NCBI RefSeq assembly: GCF_001194135.2
Contig: NC_068989.1
Location: forward strand, 68,514,841-68,578,840
Direction: 5' to 3'
DNA length: 64,000 nt
Source of the DNA: Octopus bimaculoides
Taxonomy: Eukaryota
Positions 63,751 through 64,000 of the stretch are shown here, piece by piece. The first letter of the stretch is position 1. Each line of letters starts with the position of its first letter. Made by a program: the position numbers and the translations under genes. Below the pieces are notes generated by a model. That model saw nothing but the letters and a program-made list of their open reading frames with translations, was not told the DNA's origin and ran no database searches.

Positions 63751-64000
63751 AAAAATGCCGATTTTCTTTCAGAAAATTAGCCAAAAAGAATTTTATCATT
63801 ATTAATAAATTATAGGGTAGCAAAAAATATTTTAGAAATTTTATTTACCACCAGTGGTCTAGCGAGGGTAAAAAACACTCAATAGACTATGTATTATTCA
63901 TTTAAAATGCAGAGATGCCTATAATAGGACATCTACTCGCTAGAAATAGCAGCAAAAGACTACATACCACAAAAAATTAGGGATAATTTCGAAAGGGAAT

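Overview
This is AT-rich, non-genic animal DNA dense in microsatellites and transposon relics, with 11 N-gaps, most flanked by (AT)n. The SINE families and compound microsatellites look like an octopus (coleoid cephalopod) short-read assembly; that is my inference, not a database result. I find no supportable host protein-coding gene, rRNA, true tRNA or CRISPR array. Most listed ORFs are translations of microsatellites or N-runs; the rest are transposon fragments or unrecognised. The window holds four tRNA-derived SINE families (my labels A-D) and decayed non-LTR retrotransposons of several clades (L1/Tx1-like, CR1/L2-like x2, HERO/NeSL-like, R4/Dong-like x2, RTE-like tail). It also holds several Tc1/mariner relics and MITEs, a Chapaev3-like relic, and four foldback elements of 240-290 bp. 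The most interesting signals are: (1) three minimal type-I hammerhead ribozyme motifs with intact catalytic cores (326-370, 32997-33041, 49569-49614) plus degenerate ones, one lying beside a Pol III B-box; (2) a SINE tail matching the 3' end of the L1/Tx1-like relic, with that SINE inserted into the head of a related SINE; (3) a 114-bp-arm, ~96% perfect hairpin; (4) an unidentified decayed reading frame at 40990-41670. All family names come from motif recognition by eye.
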